Assembly: GCF_964204645.1 (NCBI RefSeq)
Contig: NC_134025.1
Coordinates: forward strand, 21,489,101-21,553,100
DNA length: 64,000 bases
DNA from: Tubulanus polymorphus
Lineage: Eukaryota > Animalia > Nemertea
Reading direction: 5' to 3'
Every line of letters begins with the position of its first letter. Position 1 is the first letter of the stretch. Positions 44,097-57,506 of the stretch are shown piece by piece. Below the pieces are notes generated by a model. That model worked only from the letters and a program-made list of their open reading frames with translations. It was not told the origin of the DNA and ran no database searches. Made by a program: the position numbers and the translations under genes.

Positions 44097-44247
44097 ACAG
44101 GGGCTTGTAAACTGGCTGGATTTTATTTCTGAGTTGTTGATCGCGAGAACCTTTGTGAGGCCTAAAAGATAAGCTCTATTTGCATAGATCACCGGAAATT
44201 TGTTTGTTCTATTTTAGCTGATGCAGTGTTTCTAGCTCATTTGCAAC

Positions 44248-47200
44248 ATGATGTACAGTGGTTATCATGATGCCGCTATCTTAGTGGAGGAATTGAATGG
44301 AGATCAACGTTTTGCCGCCATCGATAAAAGTCTGCTGCCTCTGGAATTCATGCCGTTCTGCGATATCGTCACCAATCCGTGGCGTAAAGGTGGCTTAGTC
44401 GAAAAGGACTTTGTAACAATTGCCGAATTTTCAGAGCTTGAGGGACCAAAACCGCTGGTAATTGCAGTGCAAGCTTACTTAGTCTGGATCAGTTTGATTG
44501 CAATTTCGATCTAATAAGGTTCCTCAAAATTCCAAGTTCAGGATTTAAAGTCGAAATTCCACAATTCTTAACTAAACTTTCGAACATTTTTAACCCTGAA
44601 TCGAGTCAAATTTAGGCCAACCGAGACTATGGGATTGGGTCCATTGTTGAACCGTGAGTAGTGGACATTTAGAGTCCATTTATTTTATGTGCCATATATG
44701 TAGAATTGGATTTTCAATCCAGATATCTTATGAACCAGATTTATTTCTTTGGTCACAAATGATCCAGGTTATCAAAGTTTAAGATTAATATACTGTAACA
44801 ACTTTTCAATTGCATTCAATGTTGGGTCAACGTTTTGATTGCTACTTTCAATCCAATATAATTTTATTTGCACTCCATACAATGCTAGAAATAAATGAAT
44901 TTTCACTTTCAGATCACTATACCGAAGGAAGAAAACTCGAATTTTGACCTAAATGCATTTGTGCTGAAGATAATGTCAGTTGACCACCAATCAGTGAGCA
45001 GGTCAGTCAATCTGTGAAGTACATTTTGATTCATTAGCGAGTGTTTAGTGTTTTATTCATCGAGAATCAAATATCATTGGTGATTATAAAACGGATTATT
45101 ATAATGGACTCTTCATTAGCCCTTTAAACTTCTTCTGAAACTTGTCCTAAAGTAGGTAGTTCCCGAACTAATATCAGTCGACCACTATACTTTTGAACTG
45201 GGTTTTGATTTTTGACGATAAGTAATTTACGATATTTTATCATTTTGTTACAGCGAAAAGTTTGCCATGCCTGAAGATACCCAAGTTGTCATTAGTGAAG
45301 ATAAACAATGCATTTATGCTTACGTAAGATACTGTTATTGTACTTGTTGCCATTATGACTGGATAAAAATGAATTCTTTTGGACAGGTGTATTTTTTAAA
45401 ATTATGTGAATTGTTAGTTATCGGCCGTGTAAATTAAGCACTGTATCCCTTTAATGAAATAGATTTGTAGTCGCACCCAAGTCAGGCGAAAAGCTAGTGG
45501 TGTCGAAAATGGAGTGAATACTTTTGCTTTTGAGCTGTGGCAACAAAAATGTTGGGAAGAAATCCTAGAAAACCTAAAAAATGTACCCAAAAAGGCAACC
45601 TCCCCTAGTACCCATGTTCGATGCACTGCATTCTTATCGAATGAGCACTGTTTACTGTTTAGTATCATAAGTCTTGTCACGTTGATCATTAACATCGCAT
45701 AATTCGTTCACATTTATACATTTAGGTACATCATTTTACTTTACATGACAGTCAAGCACGAGGGTTTGTTCGACCTTTTTGCATGGCGTATGTTTCTACC
45801 GATTCAAGGTTTGTTGAATAATATACCGCTATCTTACAGTAACATAAATATAGGAGAATGATCCAGGGGTAACAAACTGACTTACTACATTAAAGAATGC
45901 TGTTTTCTCAATCACTGATATTAGTATACATAGCTAGTGTCGACATATTCATGTCCACTTGACGCGTTATATTGCGATATATTGACATGAATATGGCGAG
46001 TTGTCGAGTTGGAACACGACAACTGGTGGCCCTTTATGGCTTCCATAGGTCCTTCCTTTCTAGGATGATATTGAAGGTGTTCTATTATTTGTTGACCTTG
46101 GAGTAATCCTTACATTGATTGAAAAAATACTCTGCAGATTCATGCAGGTATTTCGAAAAACCTGATGGATGTATGTAAGTCCCCTGGATCTGCACAAAAT
46201 GTTTCTGCATGTGAAGCACTGAGTTCAGTTTTTCGACAACAAACAAAATACCTGTTTGCTGTTGAAACGTATCATTCCCGCGTTACCAGTTTTGTATCCC
46301 TGGAGAATATGTTCTGGTCCGCCTATTTTACAGATCTGACCTGGGCCACTGTTAATGAAACTTGGCTTTAATACTTCTAGTATAGTAATCCTACTTCACA
46401 CTAGAATTCCAGTGAAGATTGAAAGCGTATAGATATTTTTCATTATTGCGTCAAATATGTTTCAGAAAAATCATGACTTTCTATGAAGAAATGCTAGCCC
46501 AATTCATGAAGGTAAGGTAAAAACAATTGCTTTTTGACTTGTAAAACCACTTTCAGTATGTTGTATGATAACAGATTTCCATGGAATTTATCTTATCTAC
46601 CGTAGGTGTCTTGGTACTTTAAATATGGAAACTTAAAACTCTTTCATAGAGATATGAAGCACTATCAAGCTGATCTACTGTATACATTAAGTACGTTCTT
46701 TAATGGTACTAAATTAGATACCCACTAAACTTAAACTGCTTTTTACATTCATTTTTTTCGCAATCCTGCTAATAAGAAGCCAAAATCTTTGTTATTTTGG
46801 TAGAAAATATTTTTTATTTCAGGTCAGTTAAAGGCTCGTAGAAACTTGCCATTTGCATTTACCGGGCTGAGTAAAAGTAAAGTAAAAGATGAATTGGATG
46901 GTTGTTCAATTGGTCAAATTCAAGTCGTACTCAATGAAATTAATGAGATTATCACCGAAGTAGAATCATTCCTGGTATGTTACCAGACTTTGGAACTTTC
47001 TTAATTACACTGAAATTGGATAAGATTTTAAGATATGAGTTAATGCGCTCATTAATACATTGAATTTTATGAAATACGATCAATGCTTATAAGATACGTT
47101 AAAGGGATATTCGGTTACTTCCAGAATGATCATCATCTTGATCAGAAATTCCAGGCCATGGAAGAGAAGAATAGGAAACAATGTTCGCAGAACGCAAACA

Positions 47201-50200
47201 CCTGTAGCAAAGATCACCAGTATCATGAATCCATTAGTTTCGACGACTCTTCACCCCCGAAGAAACAAAATGTATCAATGGGACCTCGCCGTCGTAGTGG
47301 TAAGTGTTATTGAGGAGACAAAGACCTTTGAATAGTAAGTTAGAATTTTTTAAAAAAGAAGAACATATTCTTTTTAAGCTTTAGCTGTGTATTTGAATCA
47401 ATGGTTCTGGGCATACTACAGATATTTGTAAAGGTTGTAACCTGTGGCTGGTTTTATGATAGGGTGGCATTGGCTCTAACGCGGGGATAACTCAATTCAA
47501 CTATTGAGTTGGCGCCTAGGTTAAAGTAAGATTTGATCTATTTACCTGCAACCCCTAACTTTTCAAGAAATACAATTAAACCGGCTTTAGTTGTAATTGG
47601 ATATTTCAGTTAACAAGTAACAAGTTGTCTCTATTTTTTTAGCCCAAATTTGTACTTCCAATTAAATTTTACTAAGTGTAAGTCATCATTGATGAGAAAC
47701 TTTGCCAACGTAATGACAATCCCAACTTGATGATTTAAGAGAGTTCGTCTGTAGTAGGATTACTGCGGTTCATCGAGATTGGGCAAAAAAAAATTAATAC
47801 AGTACCTCGTTTCTCATTTCTTCTGAGCTTAAAAGTTGACTAGGTCAGCCACCTATATACCCTGTACGTGATGAAGCTAATAATAAAAGGTCGGCAGTTA
47901 TATATGAACTGATTACAAATTTTATTGCAGTTTTCAAAAGTGACGCGGCCGATTAAGGGAATCAAGGTATCATCTTTTTAGCCCTTTTCGTAACCGTTTT
48001 GTACATTTATTTACAGCTTCGTCTATCAATGAGCAAGAAATCGGTGAATTAACGATGGAAGACGATTTCGATAAATATCAGCCAAAGATCGTTCAAACCG
48101 ATTGTCGTAGATTCGACAAGACTCTGCGTACGCTTCATGAATTAAGTTTGTGGGGAGCGAAGGAGGGCATTTCAAGGTTAAGAACCATTCATAAGGTTAG
48201 CAATCTTCATCTCACATATCAGGGTGATGTCTTCTTGCATAAGGGCATCGCATACAGCAACCCCTTAACCCAAAGACGATATTGCTGACATCGTTCATCT
48301 CGCAAATAAGGTCACTATCTATCGTCCCTAATACATACAGTCGCCCCTAAGCCTAACCCAAAGACATTTCTTTTGGAAAGTGTCACTGATAATAATGAAA
48401 TTCATTTTGTATAACCATTTATCTACTGTTTGATTTGATTAAAAGTTTTGCTTGAATAATCTGAATCAGTGGATGAATGGACCAGGCTTCTATTCTAGAA
48501 TTGTTTCATTTCGATATCAAATGCAGCACTTATTTGACATCTTGAATTTCATTACTGAATCTTTATTGTGTTCAATGTCATTGTAGTATTTTAGTCGGGA
48601 TACAGCAGTATTGCAGATCGAACGCAAAGATTCAGAATTACTCGGTAAGTATCCATTTGAAAATAAGAACACTTCAAAAAGACACATCAACTTCGACCTT
48701 ATGCACTAGAAACATGGGTTATCACGAATATATAGCGATCTCTCTGTACCATTAGATGGCAAACTTGACTTCGTATATCTAATGTTAACAAGGGTTCTGT
48801 GTTTATAGGATCATTTGTCTCATAACGTAAATATTTGCCTTGACAATTGTAGAACGTCCATCTTGTCTTTTAACCATTGGTCACTGCGTTGCTGTCAATT
48901 TCCTTCATAACATTGACTTGTAAGTATTTTGCTTCGCTACAACATAAAATATGTTATGATGTGAGAACAATCAGTAGTTTACTCATAATCACCTGGATGG
49001 TTCAATTTCCCATCCTACTTTTATTTCAGAGCGTGTGTCAATGCTCGATGGAAATCCGCTAAAGAGCAAACTAGTCGCTCACATCCAAGCTGTAGCAATC
49101 TTCTGAAGCGATGGTTATCGGTATGTAGGCTACTGGGTAAAGTTTTTTCAAATTTTGAGGTTTCCTCTTTGTTATTGGTGTGTTGAGTATCTTGTAGATA
49201 CCATATAGGTATACGTTTTAAGAGCTCTTAGATGAAACAACTTCGATTGTAAAAAGTTGGTTACAAGTCATATTGACTACCAAGAGAATTTACTGATCTT
49301 CTACTAAATCACGTGTATTTGTGTTTACAGACTGACACACTTGAGAGTTTTAAATCGGCAGAATCATTTTTCTCGGTGAATGATGATAGCTGTATGTTTC
49401 AACCCGCCTATGTTTTGGGTGCAGCTTACGTGGACGAGCATAGAATGTAAGTATCCCTAGATACAGGGACCGGAAAATCTGTTCGTTATATCTGATGTGG
49501 CCGAGGTTATACAGGGGTAGCTTGTAGAAAACGAACGTCAAGGAATAATCAAATGAGTTCTTTATACGTACATAGGCCCATAAAACTCAAAACAAATGGT
49601 GGTAGGTAGGCCCAAAGGTTACCATTCAATTAATGTCCAAGCGGACTGTTATCTCTAAGGTACAGATGGTTCATAATGGTTCCAGTATGAAATTAATTAT
49701 GGTGGTAAATTTTCTTAAGTTTGGACAAAATCTTTAATTCGTTGTATCATATCTGATATATATAGGTTCCTTATAACGAGGTTCCGGTAAATTTGGCATT
49801 TTATCATACATAGTATATTTGCGTGTTATGTTTGATGACATGTTTTACCATTTAAGACCACCTCGTCAAGATGATGCAAACAACTTAGATGTGATCATGA
49901 CACCGACCAGTGATGACAGTGATATCTTCCATGAAGCCTCGTCGTCTTTTGATCTGGATGATACGATGCTCAGCATGAACCAAGGTTGAAATCTACCTCT
50001 TTCTATGGCATCATTCCATTTTCATATTTGTGATAAACATTATACCCTTAACTGAATATTCGTCTTTATTCTTTAGAGGAAAATGAGGCCTTAACAAATA
50101 CGTGTTCGGTCAATGATAACAGCGACCCACATTCTTCGTCTTCAGAGTCCAGTCCAAAGTAAGTCATGGGGGCTCGTTTCTATGACATGGGGGGGATTAA

Positions 50201-53200
50201 TGCCAGATTTGACCGCATTGAATATACTCCCAATAGGTAGTTCACTCCCTGGGTGTTCATGAACGTCTGAAATTAGCCCCTGTAGTCAAAAACTTGCAAA
50301 TTAAGAAACTTATTGACAAATAATAACATACGAATACTGTACTGCATAACATCGTTTACAGAAAGGTCAAAGTGCCAGTTGTTTGCGCTGCAGATTATGT
50401 GTGTAGTCTAACTGCGAACTCTATAGGTAAGTGAATAATTTCGTTGAGAAATGAAATTTTGTCAAATATTGCTTCCCGCCAGTATGGGGTTAAATGAAAG
50501 TCGTCTGTCTATGCGAAAGAAAATCCTGCATTTTGTATCTATACAAGATGGAGAACCCAAATTCGAGTCGTCTTAACATCCATTTTATCAAACCATGGGG
50601 CCTATTTTCTGGTTTTGAAAAGACTGCACTGCAGCGTAGATGATGTCTGTTCATGGAGAGATGCCTGCTCAATTGAGTTCCTTTACTTGAGTTTGCACAT
50701 TATGCTGACCAGTCCAACAGTTGGAATTGGAACTGGATTTTTAACCCCTTATGTACACTGGCTTTACGCGATGTGTTTCCTAATACTGGTCAACTGAAAC
50801 CCGAAACCCTCGGCATTGTTAACTACAGTTACTAGCTGGAGCTTCCTAATTGCTGTCAAGTGAAGGTACATCATTTGTTTTGTAATATCTATCTCTTAGG
50901 TTATGGCATTTTGAAGTTTGTCCAAACACATTCCCACACTAGTAATGTAATCACCTCGGTGATGTCGGGACGCCCTTTAGTTATCATTGGTAGGAGTGAT
51001 CAAGAGGTTCGAGCTGTAGTCACTGCATTTGCTGTTTTTATGCCAGGACATTCTAGGTAATGTTAAAAACGTGCGTCGAGCTCAAGCGTACAAACGGTTG
51101 TTACTAGGTATCATGATATTTCTCTTTTGCTTTCTTTAGTTATCATCAGTTAGCTGTGATAAACGCAACGAGGCCACTACGGATCCCTGATCTAGTCAAG
51201 CACAAAATTCTCGGTCTCGTGATCACTGAAAACCAGAGGAAACGAACGCATGAATATCTGGTTCCAGACTCTGTGAAGGTAACAACACTTCTGAAGAAGA
51301 TGGCTCCCTCTCCTTACAATTCCTCATGATTTAGCTATTATTGAAAACATATTTCTAATGGATTAGATATATGCCGGTAGTTGAACCTCATTATAATGAA
51401 CTTCACGGAACCTTAAAATTTGTGTAACAAGCTTCCGCAGTATAACCAGATTGTCATCAGTTTCACGGCAAAGATGAAGTCATAGTAATGTTTATGGAGA
51501 TGGCCATGTTTTCAGGGAGGGTCTATGATATAGTGAAATGCTGCTCATTGAACATGTACATGTAAAAGTCTTAAAAAAAGATTTGGGGTATGAAGTTTCA
51601 GATTTTGTTCAAAACATTCATTTCATGTAGTGATATTTACTTTCAGAGATATGTCAGCGTGATAGATCTAGAAAAGGGAATCATACAGGCCCCCGAATAC
51701 ACGGTAAGTCTCTTTAAATCCAGATTGTTGACAAGAGCACTTCAACATTCATCTAAATTGTTTTCTCAATATTCTCTATTGTTCTCTAGGGACAGGTTGT
51801 CAAACTGATTGTTAGAAAATGTAAGAATTTTCCATCTGAAGAGGCCTACGTTGCTTTTATTGAAAGGTAAGAAAAAGCCCTTTTCATAAGAAATCGTAAA
51901 TGTTGATAATTGAGGAAAACATTTTTGGTAAAACATTCCCTCCAATATGTTTGTGGAATGTCCTTTAATGCTTTGACTCATTGATTGACACTTAAGCCGT
52001 TACCAGTTGGCAAGTTCGAGGATTTTCTCTTCATGGGGAGAAGCTAGCGATTAAGCTGATGATTAACGAAGCTTCAGAAAAAGAACCCCTTGAACCCCGG
52101 ATCTTATGGCACCAGTATTTGAAAATACCGTACTTAAACCATTTGGTCACTGCTTTTGTGGCATTTGTGATAAAGATCACCTTAAAATGAAAAGAAAAAA
52201 ATTTTTATTAGTTATTTGAATGTCCGCATTCTAACGTGATTAATAGGTTATGTTCATTGAAGATCAGTAATAAGAGATTGAAATAATGCTATGTTTCAGA
52301 CTCTAGTGAGACTCTAAGATTCACTTTTTTAAACTTTTAAACTTTATATACTGTATATATACTGGGTTTTCAACTTATTATCTACTCTCCACATCAGGAT
52401 GTGACTTTTCTACAAAAGGATGAAAAGTTGAGTGGATAGTAAAAGTACTATTCCTATTTGTTTATGTGACTCACTGCTGCTTTTGATTTTTTCCAGTGTT
52501 CTGCTTGAGTTGGCTTCGAAAGCATTTATTTTCTATCACACGTATGTTATATACAAGGGAACAAATGACAGGTACGTGCATCGTTTTTGAAAAAAAAGTC
52601 ACAAACACAGCGTCCAGTCTCTTTTATCTCTTGTTCTCTTCTAGTGCACTGACTGGTGGTCAAACTTATGAAAGGAGTAGGGAGTTAGCTCAGCCATCGT
52701 CTACCATGTTCTCAACAATCGGTATACATCGAGGAGATTGGTCGATTATTCAGGTACCAGTAAACCTTAATTCTTTCCATGCGCCGTAGTTGTGCAGGTT
52801 TCTGTATCGATAGTTGCGAGTAGTAGTAGTAATTAGGCAGTTGGTAATGTGGAGGAGAGCGTTGGTTAATAAGTATGAGCACAGGCTGATCATACACTTG
52901 AACTGATCGGTGCTAGATGCCTGGATCGTCTGTTCATCCAGGTGGTTCCAGTCGTGGACGCATTTCACTAGGAACGAAGTAATGAAGAAGGCCCCCTCCC
53001 TAGTAGATTAGTAGAGTAGCCGTGTTAACCGGGTTTATAATAGATAATGAGACGGTAGTACTATTATAGGTTATATAACTATTTATTTGGTTATTTGGTC
53101 TATCTAAGCCATATACGGCTTAGATAGACAGTTTCAGTCTCTCCGTGTAGCCCCATTATCCTGTTACATTTTTCTTCGTCTAATCATACTTATTATATCG

Positions 53201-53903
53201 TTCAATAATGTCGTAACATCGTAATGAAAATAAATTTCAATTTCAATTTCAATTTGACCCATGAGCTTTCGCTTCTAATGTATAGAAGCTTCATCAGGTG
53301 AATGAGTCTCATATTATACATGTAATACTGATTTTAGCTGAACACACTTCCTAGAGGTGGGCCCTGGTGGTCACATCGATGTAATCCCTCCATTCGACCA
53401 GGAATCTGCTACGCAAGATCGTTCTACGTATTTTTCATTTATTTTCAGTATTTTGCCGAAGTGATCAAACAACAACAGACCGATGAGTATTACGGCAAGG
53501 AATTTGGTTTAGTAGGTATGTATATAAGGAGATTGAGAACTGAGCTTATGCTACAGTAGTCTCCTGAGCTGCTTCTGCGTTGATGGCTGTAGGAAAAGTC
53601 TACTGTATTATTGCAATCGATGCAATGGAATGATGACCAAAGGTCTTAAAGGTTTCAATCCAGTATGACAGCTGCTCAAGCAATTCGTGGTCTCAACAAT
53701 TCAGCTTCTTCAGGTCTCCAAAACTATTAATACTTAATTCATATTGTAGAAGTCGTGTTTTGATTCTTCTGGTTATATATCCTTCATAACAAATTCACGA
53801 TACTTAATGTACAAAAGTGGTTTACGTGTTTCATTGGTTTTCAGATCGTCCTGTGCCTCCATTGAAGCTGAATTTTCATAGGCTTTCGACGTATAAAATG
53901 TGA
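44248..53903 (+). CDS. SMCR8: SMCR8 (DENN-type subunit of the C9orf72-SMCR8-WDR41 complex; 811 aa, 24 exons)
   Basis: Exons 44248-44457, 44913-45001, 45254-45323, 45726-45808, 46466-46511, 46606-46690, 46823-46974, 47125-47299, 48017-48195, 48587-48644, 48853-48919, 49030-49120, 49331-49446, 49857-49984, 50077-50158, 50362-50426, 50900-51056, 51140-51278, 51647-51703, 51790-51866, 52497-52571, 52645-52753, 53449-53515, 53845-53903 (2436 nt, continuous frame). Longin/uDENN motifs [60 protein letters not shown], then [11 protein letters not shown] and [12 protein letters not shown]. An in-frame TAG lies 15 nt upstream of the ATG. The low-complexity middle exons are less certain. Confidence 0.92.
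52770..52985 (-). mobile_element. LINE (CR1/L2-like) ORF2 C-terminal remnant in a SMCR8 intron
   Basis: Minus strand translates [27 protein letters not shown], matching the SFF.R....WN.L......A.S...FK pattern at the end of non-LTR retrotransposon ORF2. Confidence 0.65.
53260..53300 (-). ncRNA. Minimal hammerhead ribozyme motif (Penelope-type)
   Basis: Minus strand CAC-CTGATGA-A-GCTTCTA-TACAT-TAGAAGC-GAAA-GCTC-ATG: intact core, perfect 7-bp stem II, palindromic AGCT in place of helix III, one mismatch in stem I. Confidence 0.65.
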
Positions 53904-55934
53904 TTCTACGGAAGGTTTAACATGTTTTCACCATGGAAAAAATGAGTTGTGTTCAAAAACGAAGGGTCCGATTTTATAGACTGGTTTACTAGTTTTCGCT
54001 GTGGTTAAGTCAACTATGTCAAATGAATTACCGACCAGTTTAGAAGGAAAAACAACTGATTGTATACAATCAGTCCCAAACAAAGAGAAAAGCATAAAAA
54101 TCTCTAACTGTAGAAATGGGCTCAGGGCCCAGTTTCACAAAAAGTTAAAACTAAAATGTTTGGTGTAATTGTTATTAGTTACTTCATATTTTCGATGAGG
54201 ACAACGATTATGTGACAAAGACATGTTTTCTATGATTCTAGTTGCTGTGCTATCAATGTTTGTTTCATGTTTCAGTTATTAATTAGTCAATTACACGCAT
54301 CAGCGACTATTGCGTAGAATGGAAATCAGACTTGTTAATCATTCGGCATTTCATTTGTAAATGTAAACGCGCTCGCATTCCACACGCTGCATAGTGTAAT
54401 ATATGGAGTATTTTCTTTATTTTGACATTTACAAGCAGTTTTTACAAGGACCCGTGGGTTCTTCAATGAGCTCTTCATTTCAAAAAGACGGGTTATCTAA
54501 AGGATAAATATGGTCAGAGTAGATGGTTCATCAGGAATTTTGTATTCACATTGGGTAGGGGGAGGTTCTTTGCCGTCTATGTACAGTCAGTAACTGGGCT
54601 TTGGTCTAGTTTTGAGATCAAGAACCAGTTTTGCTGGTTTCGAGTTTAGAATGACTCCCGAACCAAGATAGTCTTAGGTCGGTCTTAATTGTGAGCCTTG
54701 ACTGCAACTGTACCTTGATATCTCAAACCACGCCCTATTCGATTATCCGATACAAAAAGCTTAGCACCCACACGTCGGGTCATAGATTAATTATATGCAG
54801 TAGGAGTACAATGTAATATTGTAGTGGCTGATTCGGTTATTGTGAAATTTGAGGTGCGAGAGCCCCAAAATGGAAAACTGATACGTATACCTATAAAAAA
54901 ACCCAGATTTATCAAATATTGCATTTTGGCATGCTAAAACGACCGTGGTGATTTCCGTTTTTGCCTGCCCCAAAACGGAAGCGTATAATAACGAAAATAA
55001 TCCGATTTGGCCTACCAAACGAACAGGAAAATCATCCCATGGCATTTTTAACGTTTTGGTGCCCTCGCCAATAATGAGATAATTACATTTTGGCGCACCA
55101 AAAAGGGTTTAAAATTCTATTTGGGCCGTTAAAACGGATGTTTCGGCGTGGTTTTTCTCGTAATGGTACCCACGCCAAACAACCATAAACACTGTAAATT
55201 TCTGTTTCAATTTGACGGGTCGCTGAAAGAGACTTCAATACGCTAAACTCCCGTTTTGGTGCGCAAAATGGATTATTTGATAAATTGCGTGTGTTTTTTT
55301 ACGTATTACCTTCCCATTTCGGCGCCTAAATTACATACCGAAAAATTTCCGTTATACCCAAATCTATGGTGGCTGATTAGGGCTCTTTATACACGAGTAA
55401 CCTTCTATGCCATGAAAGTGTTTTAAATTTGTATGATTTGTTGTTGAATTGTTTCGTAAATGTGTGTAAGATGTCTTTAGTGCGTATGCACTGAGCGTAA
55501 TTTGTTGGTGTTCGTTTTGTAAAATTGAGATGATTTACTTATTTTTGGCCGTTGGCTTTGAAAATAAAAGGTGCTTATTACAACAAGTTATTCATGAAGT
55601 GTTTGGTCAAATTAATTTCGTATGGCAGCCTTCATTCTCTCGCTAAAAAGGATGCCGGTTAAAAATGAACTATCAAAGGCGAATTCGGCGCAGCACTTTT
55701 TTCGAGGCAGTTAGTAGTACATACAGATTATCTGAATGCCCGGTAAATTTTACTTTCTCGAGAATCTTGACTAACTTAGTGCGAAGTCTGTCACCATTTG
55801 AGTTTTTGAAATGTCTCCTGTGCCGTAAGGCCTTGAAGGTGGAACCTAATGCGGCTCAAGTATAAAATATGGAAAAGTGGCCTTTTTACCTGACGTATCA
55901 ATACGCACAATGCTGACCAAAGATCTGCCAATCT

Positions 55935-56429
55935 TAACATTCCCGACGATCCGACATACCGGCAGTCCGACATACCGGCACACCCGACATACCGGCACTC
56001 CCGACAAACCGACATACCGGCACTCCCGACATACCGGCAATCCGACACACCGGCACTCCCGACATACCGCCCGACATACCACGATCCCAGCACCTCTGCA
56101 GGGGATTATTAGGAATCAAACGCCTCACGATCCCGGTATTTCTCTACAGGGGATTATCACGAACCGAACGCCCCATGATCCCAGCATCTCTCTACATGGG
56201 ATAATTAGGAACCGAACGCCCCAACCTTACAAATATATTTTCTCAAAACAACTGGCCTTGTTAAATAATGACTGGAATGTCTGTATGTAGGTTTGCAGCA
56301 TTGCCGGAGTGCCGGTTTGTCGGGAGTGTCAGTATGTCGGATTGCCGGTATGTCGGATTTCCGGTATGTCGAGATTGTCGGGTATGTCGGATTGCCGGTA
56401 TGTCGGGAGTGTCGGGATTGCTGATGTTA
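55935..56429. mobile_element. Foldback-like element with inverted tandem-repeat arms
   Basis: Left arm is an array of CCGACATACCGGCA units (55941-56085); right arm is the reverse-complement array TGCCGGTATGTCGG (56302-56420); outer ends TAACAT...ATGTTA; the middle holds three copies of a roughly 50-bp repeat. Confidence 0.75.
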
Positions 56430-56683
56430 TAATTCAAACACAGAATTATGAACCGAATCACTCATTCATTTTATCTTCAGCTTCCGCAATGAGGGACTAT
56501 ATTACCATATTTTATATTTGATCCCCTAATGCCTTTAACTTCTCGCCGAACCTGGTATTCGAAAGGGTTTCAAATAAAGGTTATGTGGCCTATGCAAGAA
56601 CATGCCTAGGTTGGTCCAATTCATTCTTTGATAAAAAGTATCCTTGACAACATTGGAACAATATCAACGACCATTAATTCAAA

Positions 56684-57319
56684 ATGGTGCCACCAGATAA
56701 GCGTCTCGTGTTGGCAATATTTCTTTTGATTACCACCATCCTTTTATTTGCTGATGGACGGAAGTCGAGTCGAAGGTTTAGTACTAGAAAAATAGCCCAA
56801 CCGCGACGCCGTGATCCAGCTCGCAGAAAGCCAGCAGCACCTGCAACGCATAACTCTGGTGGTAAAACCCGGCCTGCGGCGGGCCCACAAAATAGAAAAG
56901 ACGTCAACAAACCTGGCTCCGCAAACCAACAGAATAAACGTAAAGAAGACACGAAAAACGATGACAAATATTCAAAATCGGATTCGCAGCAGTCGTCTCT
57001 GGACAATTCGGCAAACGAAACACCCCCGGGCGACGACACGGTTTCAACCGACGAATCTTCGGAAAGTATCGTATCTAATATTGGCTCTTTATCCAGGGAA
57101 CTCACTTTCCTGAACGCATCCAACGAAAAGAATATAATACGAATAACCCAAGTTTCCAAGTCGAAGGTTTCCACTGATCTTTACTATGTGCTCAGTGGAA
57201 TGGGAGTTGCAGTTCTGGTAGGAGTGGCCATTTTAATTTGGGAATACGTATCGAAAAAGAAAGATAAAAACAAAGAAAACGAACAAAAGGTGGTTACAAG
57301 TGAAGTTGTTGGCCAATGA
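56684..57319 (+). CDS. Uncharacterised intronless single-pass (type I) membrane protein, 211 aa
   Basis: Long ORF in AT-rich DNA with AAAATGG start context; hydrophobic signal peptide (LVLAIFLLITTILLFA), low-complexity ectodomain, TM segment LYYVLSGMGVAVLVGVAILIW, basic stop-transfer SKKK, and AATAAA about 125 nt after the stop. Confidence 0.75.
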   Translation: MVPPDKRLVLAIFLLITTILLFADGRKSSRRFSTRKIAQPRRRDPARRKPAAPATHNSGGKTRPAAGPQNRKDVNKPGSANQQNKRKEDTKNDDKYSKSDSQQSSLDNSANETPPGDDTVSTDESSESIVSNIGSLSRELTFLNASNEKNIIRITQVSKSKVSTDLYYVLSGMGVAVLVGVAILIWEYVSKKKDKNKENEQKVVTSEVVGQ

Positions 57320-57506
57320 AGCGCTTCCTCCTCCTGTGTTGGAAAGGTCTTTGGTCTGTTTATTGCATGAAGGCAATTATTAAAGGCCTATATAATCATA
57401 TATTTGTTGCTGTAAAAGATGTACAAACACCATTTTACCATTTCAAATAAAAATCGTGCTTTCGCTTAATCTCCTTTTCGGTCAAACCAACGACTATAAA
57501 ATGATA

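Noticed and set aside
47643-47966. Two exon-like AG...GT segments (47643-47677 and 47931-47966) in SMCR8 intron 8
   Set aside because: Each introduces a stop in the required phase; exon 47125-47299 splices in frame directly to 48017.
55791-56521. Several overlapping Cys/Arg/Gly-rich ORFs (up to 137 aa)
   Set aside because: They are translations of the foldback tandem repeats and are open in many frames on both strands.
56674-57174. 166-aa minus-strand ORF and other frames overlapping the 211-aa ORF
   Set aside because: Antisense or alternate-frame shadows; only the plus-strand ORF has coherent signal peptide and TM architecture.
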